A DNA stretch of 64,000 bases from Blastocystis sp. Blastoise (taxonomy: Eukaryota > Protista > Bigyra: Opalinata): assembly GCA_039096225.1 (NCBI GenBank), contig JBBPEB010000015.1, positions 2,294,001 to 2,358,000 of the forward strand, in the 5' to 3' direction. Made by a program: the position numbers and the translations under genes. Positions 42,825-57,080 of this stretch are shown one piece after another (position 1 is the first letter of the stretch; each line of letters starts with the position of its first letter). Below the pieces are notes generated by a model that saw nothing but the letters and a program-made list of their open reading frames with translations, had not been told where the DNA came from and searched no databases.

Positions 42825-44662
42825 TCACGGTTTAAATCCAGATTGGAAAATATTAAGATTATCAATATGTATGAAATGTCCATTACTGACTTTATTCCAA
42901 AGATCTAAATGATTACTATAAATATAAGCTGCTTTGATTGTGTTATACATAAGCATATTAATAGTAATAGGTCCAATTCCACCAGGAACAGGAGTAATGG
43001 CATCACATGAATGAATCACATTTGAATAATTGATATCACCAACACATTTGTATACTATTTATTATAGATAGAAATATAGATACATGGACATAAGGTATTG
43101 TATATTTATTGAATAAAGAAGAAATTATTTAAAATATAGGATATAGAAAAATATAAATATATAGATACGTGAGATATAATAATAATAATAATTAAAGCAT
43201 AGAAAAAACAGTTTTTTATATTATATATATTTTATATGTAATATTATGTAATATAATATTATATATGTAATATTATATATATAATATAATATATAATAAT
43301 ATATATACCTCCATCTTTTAGAATATAATTGACTCCGATATCAATAAGAACTTGATTTCGATAGGGATTAAGGAATGATTTATCGATATATAGAGGTTGA
43401 CCCATTGCTGATAAGATTATATCAGCCTATATATTATATATAATGAATAATAGAATTCTGAAATAGATTCTAGTTTAATTTATAGATAATTGATAGTATA
43501 CAAGAATTAAAATATATATATATATACATTTTTAGTGAATTCTTTGACATTATTTGAAAAAGGATGGATATTATAAATAGTATTATTATAGTGTAGTAGA
43601 AGAAGATATAAAGGTAAACCGATCAAATTACTACGACCAAATATACATATATTCTTATTTGTATAACTTACATTATACTTGTAAAACATTCTATTAAAGA
43701 AATTAGTAGATATATATAATTTTATAGAATAATAAAAATTATTATTATTATATAAAAGATATATCCATCATATAAAGTGCACTAATAGCAGCACAAGGAA
43801 CATTAACTAACTATATAAATAAAAATAAAATCTTTAATAATAAATAAATAAAAACATTTATAAAAACAATAGATAGAATAATAATGATATATATATATAT
43901 ATATATATACTTGGTCATATAATGAATATCGATTTCTGTGTTTCATTTCTATATCAAGATCTTCTCCCATCGTTGCAAGTCGACCAATATTCACGGGATT
44001 CAATCCATCGACATCTTTAATAGGATGGATAGACGATAATAATAAACTTTCATTTATATGATCTATATATATTATATTATATTTATATAATATTTTAATT
44101 CCATTTTCTTTTATATAAGAAATCATATATTATAATGATTTTAATAGTAAAATTAATTGAAAAAAAATATTAAAAATTGAATAAAATAACATTAAGAATT
44201 ATATAAAAATAACATTAAAAACTGAATAAATAATATCATTAAAAATGAATTAAAAATATACTGGGTAAAGGTAATTGAACAATAATTCCTTGTACACTAC
44301 GATCTGAATTTAATTCATGAATTTTTGTCAACAATTCCTCAGTTTTAGAATGATCATCATATTGATATTCAGAAAAGCGCATACCTAATCTCATTGCAGC
44401 TTGTCTTTTCAAGTTAATATACTATTCAAACAAGTAAAAATGATTTAAGAATAATTCAGAACATACCTTTGATGTTGCAAGGTCAGAACCAGTACGAATC
44501 ACAGCTAAGTGAGGGATCACATGGCCAACATCTTTTAAAGCTGTTGCTTTTATGATTATCTATAGTTATTATAGACTTAGGAGAACCAAATAGAATAAGT
44601 TTTACTTCTCTTGTCAGTTGATTTGATAATTCAATTCCAGATAGAACCTTAGCAACACTCAT
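42825..44662 (-). CDS. folD: Bifunctional methylene-THF dehydrogenase/cyclohydrolase (FolD type)
   Basis: YINLK (YxxxK), [27 protein letters not shown] and TPVPGGIGP motifs. Confidence 0.95.
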
Positions 44663-45916
44663 TTTGATATTTAACTTTGGAAATAAGAATCTCAGATATA
44701 AAAATCAATAATTATATTTTTCAAATAATATGTTTTTAAGATGAAGGAAGACAGAGAAAAAAATGATCACCATTTCTAATGAATTTTCATTTGCATTATT
44801 TTATTCATCACTTTCTTCTATTCTCTAATATTTATTATATCATAAACTTATCAGGAATTGTGAAGTGCATATGTGTATAATATGAAAGATAATTTCTTTT
44901 AAAGTAGTTTGCATCAACATTTCCTTTTATCTTGAGATTCTACGTTGTTTCTTAGTTTTCATTTCTGATCATGTATTGGCATAGTTCCTCATAAACAGTA
45001 TGACAAAATTCGTAAAGTTAACGCTTTTTTCGAAAATGTGTTTTAAAATGAATTTTTTTATACCTGAATTCTATTAAATTGATTACATGATATTTATAAT
45101 CTATTGTTATCGACAAATATAGTAACAACTCATAAGAAATGACAGAATCACATCTATATATACTTTTATTCTCTTTTTTCGTCTTCTAGAATAACTCATA
45201 AAGCAATTCAGTTTATTTTAGGTGTTTTCACTATATTTTTTGTCACATTCTGATATAAAACAAAAGTATTGAGTAAAAAATACTTTTTCTTTGTCATATG
45301 CGTACTACTATATAACCAATTCACAAACTCGAAGAGCTCATGTTATATGATTAATCAAATAAGGCATACGAAACTATGATATAAAAATTGTTGTGCTCAT
45401 TACTATTATTTCCTTAGTAGAGCGATAAGTAGGATAATTTATGATTATATGATATTAAAAAAAAGAGAATAATTCAAATTAAGTGCAGAACGATACTCAT
45501 TTACATCGAAAAACTGGTATATTTTCAAAAAGATATGTTCAGCAATAATAGAAGCCAGTAGAATTAACTAAACATATCAAAAATCAGTAATATAAAAGAA
45601 CGTAAATAGCGGATTTACGATTTATGTCTATTAAAACTTGTGGATGAAATGAACCAAAAAAAATACTAGCATATATTTCTTTTGATAAAATAATCGCGAA
45701 TATAATTAAAAACTAGGTTCTTTAGAAAAAGAAAACCAGGAAGTAAAAACATTCAGCACCATTAGTTCGGTTTTTTAAAAGAAAGTATGTAAGAAGAAAG
45801 AAGACTTTTTTCTTTTTTGTAAGGAAGGAATCTAATACGTTATTGTAAATGTATTAATATATTTTATGCATAGGATTAGTTGATAATTGTTATAGATTCA
45901 TTATATCAATAAAGTG

Positions 45917-47985
45917 ATGATACGATATGATCTAAATTACCTTTTTACAAAAGAAGAACTGTCTAGCAGTCCGTCCCGGATAGATGGAGTGAGTGAGAAC
46001 AATGAAACAATGTATATTTTCATTGTATAAGACATTTTAATATAATTTCGTTTAGTGTTCTTTGGGATGGTTGTATATTTATTGAAAAGTTGAATGCAGC
46101 TTTGAATGTTGAAGTTCAAAAAAATAACAGAAAAAGCTCTCTGTAAATTTTTATACTTTATTCTGTGTTGCATTCTCTTTTCTTTATTTATTCTTTCTTT
46201 TTTGTTGTTTATATTATTTTCTTGTATTTCTTTCTATGTGAATCTATGTTCATATTGAATATAATTATTGAATCTAAACTGTTTCATACATTATTTTTAA
46301 ACAAAATGTATTCATATGTATTCCATACATAAAAAGTAGTAACATATATTTAAAAAAAATCGAAAAGAAATTATATTTATTTTATTTTTTCTCTATTTAT
46401 TATTATTATTTTATTGTATATTATTTATTTTGATTATTGTTTAAATATTTTTTTCTTTATTTCAAGTCCTGTTGATATTGTTTCGAAAGCACAACTTATG
46501 TTTTTACAATTCTTTGCCTCAAGGAGTCTACTACAATTTAATTCTATTGTATATATAGTATTCATAATATTATGATTATTATTATTATCTATTGTATTCT
46601 ATATAATGTTATTCTAGTATAGTCTATTATTTTATTATAGTATAGTATATAAATTTAAATCTAAATACTCTTATTCTAGTCTATTGCAGCTTCTTGTTAT
46701 TATTTATGTGCTAAATTAACAGATCAATATATGGATATTAAAATCAGTACCACTCTCTATATTAATATTATTCAACGATTAATCACGGGGAAAAATGACT
46801 TATTTATTGATGAAAAAACTGAAGTACATTTTTGCTTTATTTATTATATTTTTTATTTATTATGTTGATATTATTATTAATAAATAGTTATATAAGACAA
46901 TCCGAGAGAGTGTTTTTAACAATGAATATACAATATTAGACAGTATTCATTATCATTTATGGTTTCATACACCAGATGAGTTTATTAAAGATATACATAA
47001 TCAAGTCTTTAGTATATATATATATAGATCTATGTTTATTATTATTTATATTCTATTTGTTCTTATATATATATATATATAGATTTAGATTATGAAAATC
47101 ATAGATGTTTTCAAGACATGTTTGTGAAATTTAATTATATATGGTATTCTATACATATATATATATATTATATTTTATTAGTTTATCTTTATATACAGTT
47201 TATTATATAATTTTCTCTATTATATATATATATATATATATATAGTTTACACAGTCGTATATGTTTATTATATTCTCCTCAAACCTTAGCATATGCTGCT
47301 ATATATTTATATACTCATTCTGAACCTATTAATCTTCCTAAAGACAAAGATTGGGCAGAATTATTACATGTTAATAAAGATACTCTAAAAGGTATAAAAA
47401 TAATATATATAACATATATATAACATATATAGAACATATATATAACATATATAACATATATATAACATATATAGAACATATATACATAATATATATATAT
47501 ATATAACATATATAACATATCTACATTATTATATAAATAGAAATAGTAAATGAATTCTTAAAGATTAAAGAGTATATCAAACGATCTGCTTCTTATCTTC
47601 TTTCTTCTTCTTCTACCACTTATATTACTATACATAAATCTCTTTCTCTTCCTTCTTCTATTCCTTCTCCTTCAAATGCTTTCTCTTCTCTAACTCATCC
47701 GTATGTTACAACTATTAATATGGTAGATACTACCAATACGATTTCTCCATATTTATCTTCTCCTCCTTCTTCTTCTTCTATTCATCCAAATAATCAACCC
47801 CCTGCTCCATATAGAAACCCTGATATTACAAAAATACAAATAACAAATACTATAACTCCTATAAATCGGTCTAATTCTTCACCAACACGGTCTACAACGT
47901 CTCTTTCTTCTCATAAACATACACCAACATCTCTTCCTCGTCCTCCTACAAGGAAATTACTAGTGCCAGTAACCTTATCAAACTC

Positions 47986-48037
<52 letters not shown>

Positions 48038-48355
48038 CCTCTTACTACTATATATACTCCTCCTAAACCTTTACGTTCATCTTCTATGCCTATTCTATAT
48101 AAATCATCACAATCTATATCTACAGCTTCTTCTTCTTCTACTTCTTCTCTTCTTCATACTCCCTCTACTTCTCTATCTACTAATTCTATTTCTTCTCTTC
48201 ATAATTTACCATCTACTCCTCGACCTCTTCATCTTCCTCTACGGTCACTCTCCAATACAAGGGCACTTAATACTATATCTATTAATAATACTAATAAACC
48301 TAGTCCATTAACTAATAGAAAACCATTAAGTGCTGTAAGACCATCCGTTAATTGA
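45917..48355 (+). CDS. Transcriptional cyclin (cyclin T/K-like) with long Ser/Thr/Pro/Asn-rich tail
   Basis: LFTKEELSSSPSRIDGVS N-terminal motif and cyclin box (KAQLMFLQFF...AASCYYLCAKL...CLLYSPQTLAYAAIYL). Low-complexity C-terminus. Confidence 0.85.
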
Positions 48356-48364
48356 ATGAACTAC

Positions 48365-48408
<44 letters not shown>

Positions 48409-49308
48409 ATAGATGAATCGTAATACAAATATAAATTTATTTATTAAACATTTATAATCAACTCATAGAATACAAGGATAAATCCATTTATTTCCTTATA
48501 TATATATATAATTATAATTATCTTTATTTCTTTTCTTTTTTCTTTTTTTTTTTTAATATTTTTTCTTCTTTTTCTTTTGTTTTTTTTTTCTTTCTTTTTT
48601 CTTTTCTATTTTTCTTTTTCTTTTTCTTTTTATTATAAAATATAATTCCTGAATTATATCAAACTCTTATTTTTTTTCATATATACACTTTTTTTTATTT
48701 TTATAATTTTCACATATTCGTTTAGAACTTATAGTGAAAGCTTTTCCCATTTATTCAAATGATTATTTCTATCTAAATTTATACTTTAGTATATTGCTGT
48801 TTTATTTATAACTATTCTCAAATTAATATATTCTTATATAAGAATTTATTGTTCATACTGATTCTTATATGAATATATTTACACTTTTTCTATATTGTTT
48901 TGTTATATTATAGTATTATACATATAATTTATGTGTGTCTTTTATTATTATTATAATTATATTAATAATATTGCTTTAATGGAATAAACAAAAAAAGATT
49001 TGCATCCACAAATAACTTTTTTTCTGTTTATGTTTTAAATCTATAAATAATAAGAAATGTTTTTCGTAAAAACATTTCGAAAAATGTATAAGAATGATTA
49101 TTTTATATAGTTTAATATATAATACTAACATTTCAACATTATTCGTATGAAAATTTGGAAATAAAAAAAATATAATTAGTATATATACAATGACAAAACA
49201 CTTGATTAATAAATGAAACAAATTGAACTATCAATTCGTAAAATAATAAAATAAAATTTAATTGAATGAGCAAATAAGAAAGAACAATAAATAGAATGCA
49301 TAAGTCTT

Positions 49309-49366
49309 TTAAATAAAAGATTGATTATGGTAAATATTATATTGTTGAGGTATAGGATTAGATTGT

Positions 49367-49449
<83 letters not shown>

Positions 49450-50575
49450 TGTAGAAGAAGGTTGAATAGGGATTGCAGAAGGTTGAGTAGGGAAATAAGA
49501 TGTGTTCTGATAAGTAAATAATGGAGTAGTAGTATTAGAAGAAGAAGTACTATTGGCATAGGTAGCAGAAGGGATATTAGCATTAGCATTAGCAAAAGTA
49601 GCTGAGGGTATATTACTATTGTCATTAATATTTTGATTATAATTATAATATCCATTAGGTAACATATTATTAGTATTAGAAGCATAAGTAGCAGAAGGAA
49701 TAGAAGATGCATTCACATAAGGTGAAATAGCAGGAACAGGGTATTTACGTATATTCGAAGAAGCAGAATCATCAGGTGCCGATAACTCAGTGATAGTCTT
49801 TCGATTTCCTATATATATACATATATATAATGAATTGTGTAAATATACTGTAAATAATAAATAAAAAAATATATAATAATAAATAAAAAAAAATATATAT
49901 ATATATACGTTTCTTATTACAGGGACAATTGGAGCATTTACATTTACATACACAGCAGAAAACAATCAACTAGTTATATATATATAATAGTAGTACAATA
50001 ATAACTAAACATAAATATAATATAATAATATTTGTTAAAAAAAATAAAATAAATAATATAATTTAAATATTATAAAACATATATGTATATATATACAGCA
50101 ATCCATCCACCAAAGACGAGTATTCCCGCGGAAATGAGTCCATAACCTAGAGCCATTTGTTCGATTTCATTCATACCAAAGCAATTCGCCTTAGAGGAAT
50201 GAGAAGATGCGCAACCGTTAGTATAATAATCAGCTACTATCATAGGATCATACGCTGAACGTATCTATATAGATATATTATTATTAATTATTCATTATAT
50301 TATATATAATTATATATATATTGATAGCAAGTGTATAATAACAATATAATACATAAAAAAACAATTTAAAATTATATATATATAAAGTTAATATGTATAT
50401 ATGATTGGATTATAAAGAATGTATATTAGATATAAATAGAATAATAAAACAATAATATAAAGAGCCTATACTTCAAAGGTAATAGTACTCTTTTGAGTAG
50501 ACCCGTAATAACCTTCTTTGAATCCATTCGAGGAATAACAGCCATATTCAGCAGAATTAGTAATAAAGGGCTGGG

Positions 50576-50614
<39 letters not shown>

Positions 50615-51517
50615 GAATAGCTTAATATATAGAATTATATTCATAACATATATATAATATTATAAATATTATTCAATATAAATATATATATAATTATATT
50701 TACAACATATATATAATATTATAAATATTATTCACTATATATATATATACCCAGGATAATCTTCAACATATTCATTACCTGATTTTTTCAGTCGAATACA
50801 GATGTTATTCAGATAAGTAATAACTTCACAAGCAGTACCGGTCCAAATACCGCCTTTACTACTACACTTACTTTGACAATCATCACTATATAGATATATA
50901 GAACAAGTTGAAAAAGAATATTTATAATATTATAAAGTATAACATAATAAATAGAATACTACTTATAAATGAATTTTCAATATAAATATTGACTAATAAT
51001 AAAACAATATCAAACAAATATATATATAACTATATAATTACTAGTCTTTGCAATTTAGTGTTGATTTTGATATTAATTTCCTTTGACTTGCAGCAAAACT
51101 ACGAGTATATACTATTTTTCCATCAATTATTATAGAATATGAAGATGCTAAAGCAATGGATGCTTTGAAATATCCAGGTTTTTCATAGCTACATCCCTCA
51201 GAAGGATCACCACTTTTCTCACAAGTATCTCTAACTGGGTAATATTCACCATCTTCTGTTATAAGAGAAAACGAGACTGTTGTACTGAAGTATGGATTTA
51301 TTTTTATAAAATCATCTCTTGAAGTTTCCCAAGGGATAACATACTCATTATATTTAAGAATATTATCTGTTCTATAGTTTTCTGTTGCTGAAAATACTGT
51401 ACCAATGATGATAAGAACCAGAGGAATAAAAAGAAGAGCGCAAAAAAGTCCTGGTACATTAAGTCTTGTTTTAGTCGTTCCTCTTCCACTCATAGGAAGA
51501 TCAAATGAAAATCTCAT
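49309..51517 (-). CDS. Uncharacterised 2-TM protein with Cys-containing ectodomain, juxtamembrane Cys cluster and Pro/Tyr/Asn-rich tail
   Basis: Six in-frame GT-AG exons: TM1 (LFCALLFIPLVLIIIG), ectodomain ending IRSAYDPMIVA...FGMNEIEQ, TM2, then CCVCKCKCSNCPC. Confidence 0.8.
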
Positions 51518-51779
51518 ATTGAATTAACTATAAAAAGTATTTAATAACTATTAAATGAAATTTAAAGTAATGACAACGATATATACAGTAAAATGGAAGT
51601 GACGCTGTTTTCCATCATTCGGGAAAGTGAAGAAGAATCAGATTTTTTCAGAATGAATAAAAGCAAATATTTATGGGAATTTTGAGAAAGAAACAAGAAA
51701 ATAAATAATTGTAAAACCACAAAATATTTTTCAGAAAAAGAAAAATAGTTCTTTTTATATTTATTTTAGTAAAAAAAGT

Positions 51780-53523
51780 ATGTCATTTGTGCGTGTGATA
51801 GTGAAGAGTGGTGTGAAGAGTAGATTGGTTCGTCAGTTGTCAGGAGGTATGACATTAGATATATATTTTATAATAACTAATTATGTTTTTGATATGATTA
51901 TATGATATGAATATTATAAATATTATATAGCTATAAAGAATACAAGTAATGAGTCAGTTGCTGTAAAGTTGATGAATTCGATGATATTAAAGAGAACGAT
52001 AATGATACCTGCTTTTGCTAAATCTTGTTTACCGATTTCAGATAAGGTTTATACTCAATTTCTTCGAAATATGTCCAATGAGAAGATGGTTGATTCTTTA
52101 AAGGAATCAAATAATGCTGAAGAAATTTCACAAATGAAATTAGATGATGGTATTTTTTTAATTTTTTGTTATTATTAAATAATAAGAAAATAAATAATAA
52201 AATAATAATATAAATAAAATTAATTTGATTATAGGAATAAAAGATTTACCTGAAGGGAAGAGCCATTGTATAGATCAAGATTTTGATGGTGATATATATA
52301 GTGGTGATTTATTAGATGGTGTTCGTCATGGTGAAGGTAAATGTGAATATAGTAATGGTGAACGATATGAAGGTAATTGGGAATATGATTTATGGAATGG
52401 ATTTGGTAAATATTATTTAAAAGATGAATTAATATATGAAGGTATATTTATGAATGGTCAACCTCATGGAGAAGGTCGTATGAATTATAATGGTGATATA
52501 TTTGAAGGTATATTTAAATATGGTCAATTAGATGGAAAAGGAAAGATATCCTCAAAGAATGGTTGGAGATATGAAGGTAATTTTAAGAATGGAAAAGCAA
52601 ATGGTTTTGGAAAGAGTATATATAGTAATAATGCAATATATGAAGGTGAATTTAAAGATGATAAGATAGAAGGAGAAGGAAAATGGGTATTTCCTGATGG
52701 AAGTATAATGGAAGGTATATATAAAGATGGTAAATTAAATGGAAAAGGTATACATATAAAAGAAGATGGAGAACGATATGAAGGTGATTTTATAGAAGGT
52801 AAGAAAACAGGTTTAGGTCGTATATATAATAAAGAAGATAGTTTAATTATTGATGGAACGTTTGAGAATGATATATTAAATGGTTTTGGTAAATTATATA
52901 AAGATAATAAGATATTTTATGAAGGTGATATAAAGAATAATATGAAAGAAGGTAAAGGAAAGATGTATTTATTAGATGGAAGTATTTATGAAGGTGAATT
53001 TAAGAATAATAATCGTGAAGGTAAAGGAATATTAAATATGCCAAATGGTTGGAGATATGAAGGTGAATATAAAGATGATAAAGCTTGTGGAGAAGGTAAA
53101 GTATATAATAATAATAAGTTTTGTATATATGAAGGAAGTTTTAAAGAAGATACTCCTGATGGATTTGGTACACTTCATTATTTAAATGGTGGTAAATATA
53201 TAGGTGATATAAAATTATATAAACGTGAAGGAAAAGGTAAGTTTTATTTAGGAGATATGTTAATGTATGATGGTGAATTTAAAGAAGATAAACCAAATGG
53301 TAATGGTACTTTGATTTTCCAAGATGGTCGTAAATATGTTGGTCAATTTAAGAATGATGCTATTGAAGGAAAAGGAATAGAATATTATCCTAATGGAGAT
53401 CATTTTGAAGGTATATTTAAGAATAATGAGAAAGTAGAAGGAAAAATGTATTTACAAGATGGTACTATAGAAGATTATAAATCAAATATGAATGTAGATA
53501 TAGATAATAATGAAAAGAAGTAG
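51780..53523 (+). CDS. MORN-repeat protein with putative mitochondrial presequence
   Basis: ATG 51780 (MSFVRVIVKSGVKSRLVRQLSG) splices in frame through two introns to the long exon of tandem YEGxFxxGxxxGxG repeats. Confidence 0.88.
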
Positions 53524-53772
53524 AAAAAATAATTATTAATTTTTTTTTTAATATATATATTTTATTTTGTTTTATTTTGTATTTTGTTTTATTATTATTG
53601 TTATTCTTTAATAAAAGAAAGAAAAATTATTCCATGATATTTTAAACAACAATGTTAAACTATTATATATATATATTTTTAATATTTAAATAACAATATA
53701 TTATTATTAAAAATATATATATATAAATGAAATAATGAATATAGATAGAGAATAATAATAATTAATCAATAA

Positions 53773-54362
53773 TTAATCAATATCCCAATTTTGAACTTCT
53801 TTATCTTTTTCAGAAGGAGATAAATGTTTAATTGCTTGTTTGATTTTAAAGATAGATCGTCCAGGAACAAGATTCTTTGGACAACAAACTGTACAATTCA
53901 TAATTCCATGACAACGATATAATTTCCATACATCATCTAATTCTAAAAGACGTTCTCTTGTGAATTCGTCACGTGAATCAGCAATCCATCGATATGCTTG
54001 TTGAAGAACTATATATATATTATTATTATTAAGATTATTATGTTTATTATGTTTATTATGTTTATTATTATTATATAATATAGAATATAGAATATACCTG
54101 CAGGACCAAGATATTTATCAGGATTCCACCAATAGGAAGGACATGAAGCAGTACAACAACCACATAAAATACATTCATATAAACCGTCAAGACGAGCACG
54201 ATCTTCAGGAGACTATATATATATATATATATATATATTATTATATATTATATACTTGTAAATTTTCAATATCATAATTTGTATCTTTAGTTTTTTTCAT
54301 CAAATAAGGTTTAATATAAGAATATTGCTCATAAAATAATGTCATATCTATATTATATATAT

Positions 54363-54414
<52 letters not shown>

Positions 54415-55059
54415 CCCACAATAAGATCTTTTAATACATACATATGAGGAAGTGGACGAACATTAATACTTCGTTTCTGACATTTATCTAATGAATGTAA
54501 TAAATATAATAATAAATATAATAATAATAATAGTATATACTTGTAACATGAACACCATCAACAATGGGAGTAAGACAAGCTAATGCATTCTGACCATTGA
54601 TATTCATCGCACAACTACCACAGATACCTTCACGGCAAGATCTATTATAGTTATATACATCAAATAATAATATAATAAATAATAATATAATAATATAATA
54701 ATATAATAAATAAACATAATAAATAAATAATATAATAAATAAATAATATAATAAATAAATAAATAATAATATAAACATAATAAACATAATAAATACCTTC
54801 TAAAATTGAATGTAGGATCCTGTTGTTTGATTGCGAATAAAGCATCTAATACCATTGTTCCACACCTATATATATATATATATTCTTCAATAAATATATA
54901 AATGTACTTGCTTATATCAACAACTCGTTTCTCCATTCGAGGCTTATTGTCAACTTCAGGATTATAACGATATACAGAAAACACTACATATCTTGAAACT
55001 TTCTTCTCCATATTCATTCCTCCTGTTGATAAACTTCTTTTTAATAATAATGACAACAT
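53773..55059 (-). CDS. SDHB: Succinate dehydrogenase/fumarate reductase iron-sulfur subunit, paralogue A (6 introns)
   Basis: [30 protein letters not shown] and [14 protein letters not shown]. Stop TAA 53773-53775. Confidence 0.95.
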
Positions 55060-55659
55060 TCACTCTCTTTTTTTATCTATTGAATGAACTATTTATTTAA
55101 ATATTAGAATTATAATAATCTATCAATTCATATATCAATATTTGATAGTAAAAAACCACAAAAAAGCATTCTCACATAAAACGAAGATTTCTTATACTTT
55201 GAAGAAATTTTTGGATTAATTAGATATGGATAGCATTCACTAAGTATAAATTAGATATATAACTTGTTTTAATTAGTTTTATGATGTTAATAAGCCGAAT
55301 AGAAAAGAAATGACAAACTGTTCATAATATAAAGTAATAAGTTCAATTTCATATGTTTATATTTATCTACCATCAATGCCACAGCGATTATAAATGAAAC
55401 ACTTAACAGATAATCTATAAATAGTTCAAAAATGAAAAAAAAATTAAATCACATGGAATACTACACAAATTTGTCTCTTTATAGATCTAAAGAAAACATA
55501 TACACTACACATACATTTATACACGTATTCAATACGTGATAAACCAAAGTATATTCTTTTTTCTATGAATTACGATTTTTTATTGTGTTTCCTAAGACAA
55601 AAATATAATTTACGTGAATATTTTTTCATAGAATATTTTTATTTCCTTTCTCACTGTAC

Positions 55660-57080
55660 ATGTTTTCTAAATCTATATCAAAAGTTGGTAAACGTTTTAT
55701 CCGTTCCTATGTGGCGGAACAACCCAAACGAGTTCTTACGTATCCAAAAGTTGTTCTTGGAAATGTATCACCTAGAAATGCAGTTCCAGATAATATAATA
55801 AAGCCATCATATTATTTTGATGGTTCTGTACCTGAAAATAATCCTCCTATGCAGATTCATGATGCTGAAGTATCTTCATTTGTTTTATCTTGTTGTTATA
55901 TTCATTTATTAAAAAGAATATTTAATTTTTTATTATTTATTATACGAAAATTATTTTTTTTATTATATAAAGGGTATAAAAAAAATGAAGAAAGCATGTA
56001 GAATTACAAAACAGGCTATGGATTTTGTGGATACATTAATTCAGCCTGGTGTTACAACCGATGAGATTGATAGGGAGTATCATAAGTTTGCTTGTTCATT
56101 AGGTTATTATCCTGCTTCTTTAAATTTTTCTCATTTTCCAAAAAGTATATGTGCAAGTGTGAATGATGTATGTTGTCATGGTATTCCAGATGATCGTAAA
56201 CTACAAGATGGAGATATTCTTAAGATGGATATGGTTATGTTTGTTGATGGTATATATATATATATATATATATATATAATGTGTTTTTTTTTCCTAAAAT
56301 AGATTTATATAGATTTTTTTATTTATATATTTTTATATTTATATTTATATATATATTAGGATATTATGGAGATATGACTCGTTGTTATGCTGTAGGTAAT
56401 GTTGATGAGCAAGGGAAACGATTGATACAATGTACAAAAGAAGCGACTGAGCAAGCCATTAGTATTTGTAAAGCGGGAGTACCCTATTTTGTAATCGGAG
56501 AAGTAATTGATATCATTTGTAAAAAATATCATTTTCAATCGTATGTTGAGAATAATATAGTTTTTTTTTATAGAATAGAATTTATATTCTTATTTTTTTA
56601 TTTTATTATTAATATAATTTTTTTTTTATTATTATAATTTAATTTTTTTTTATTATTATAATTAATTTTTTTTTATTATTATAATTTATTTTTTTTATTA
56701 TTATAATTTAATTTTTTTATTATTATAATTTATTTTTTTTATTATTATATATATATTCTTTTATAAAAATAATAGAATTATTTTGATTATCAGTTTATCC
56801 TATAATGTATCCTCTATATAGTGTATATGATTTTTCAGGTCATGGAATAGGAAAAGATATTCATCAACTACCTTATATTATACATACTCATAATAATTAT
56901 CCTGGAGAAATGGTTGCTGGACAAACATTTACTATCGAACCTATTATTGTAGAATATAAAAATGATGTTTATGTTGATAAGGATGATTGGACAGTAAGAA
57001 CTAAAGATCAAGGTAGAGCAGCACAACTAGAACATACTATTTTAATCACAGATCATGGATGTGAAGTTTTAACAGCCTAA
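55660..57080 (+). CDS. METAP1D: Methionine aminopeptidase type 1, organellar (MetAP1D-like)
   Basis: FPKSICASVNDVCCHGIPD, GYYGD, GHGIG, FTIEP and AQLEHT motifs. Basic N-terminal presequence, no zinc finger. Confidence 0.92.

Noticed and set aside
45601-45619. cgtaaat-agcgg-atttacg hairpin in the FolD/cyclin intergenic region
   Set aside because: A 7-bp AT-rich stem is within chance expectation and has no other support.
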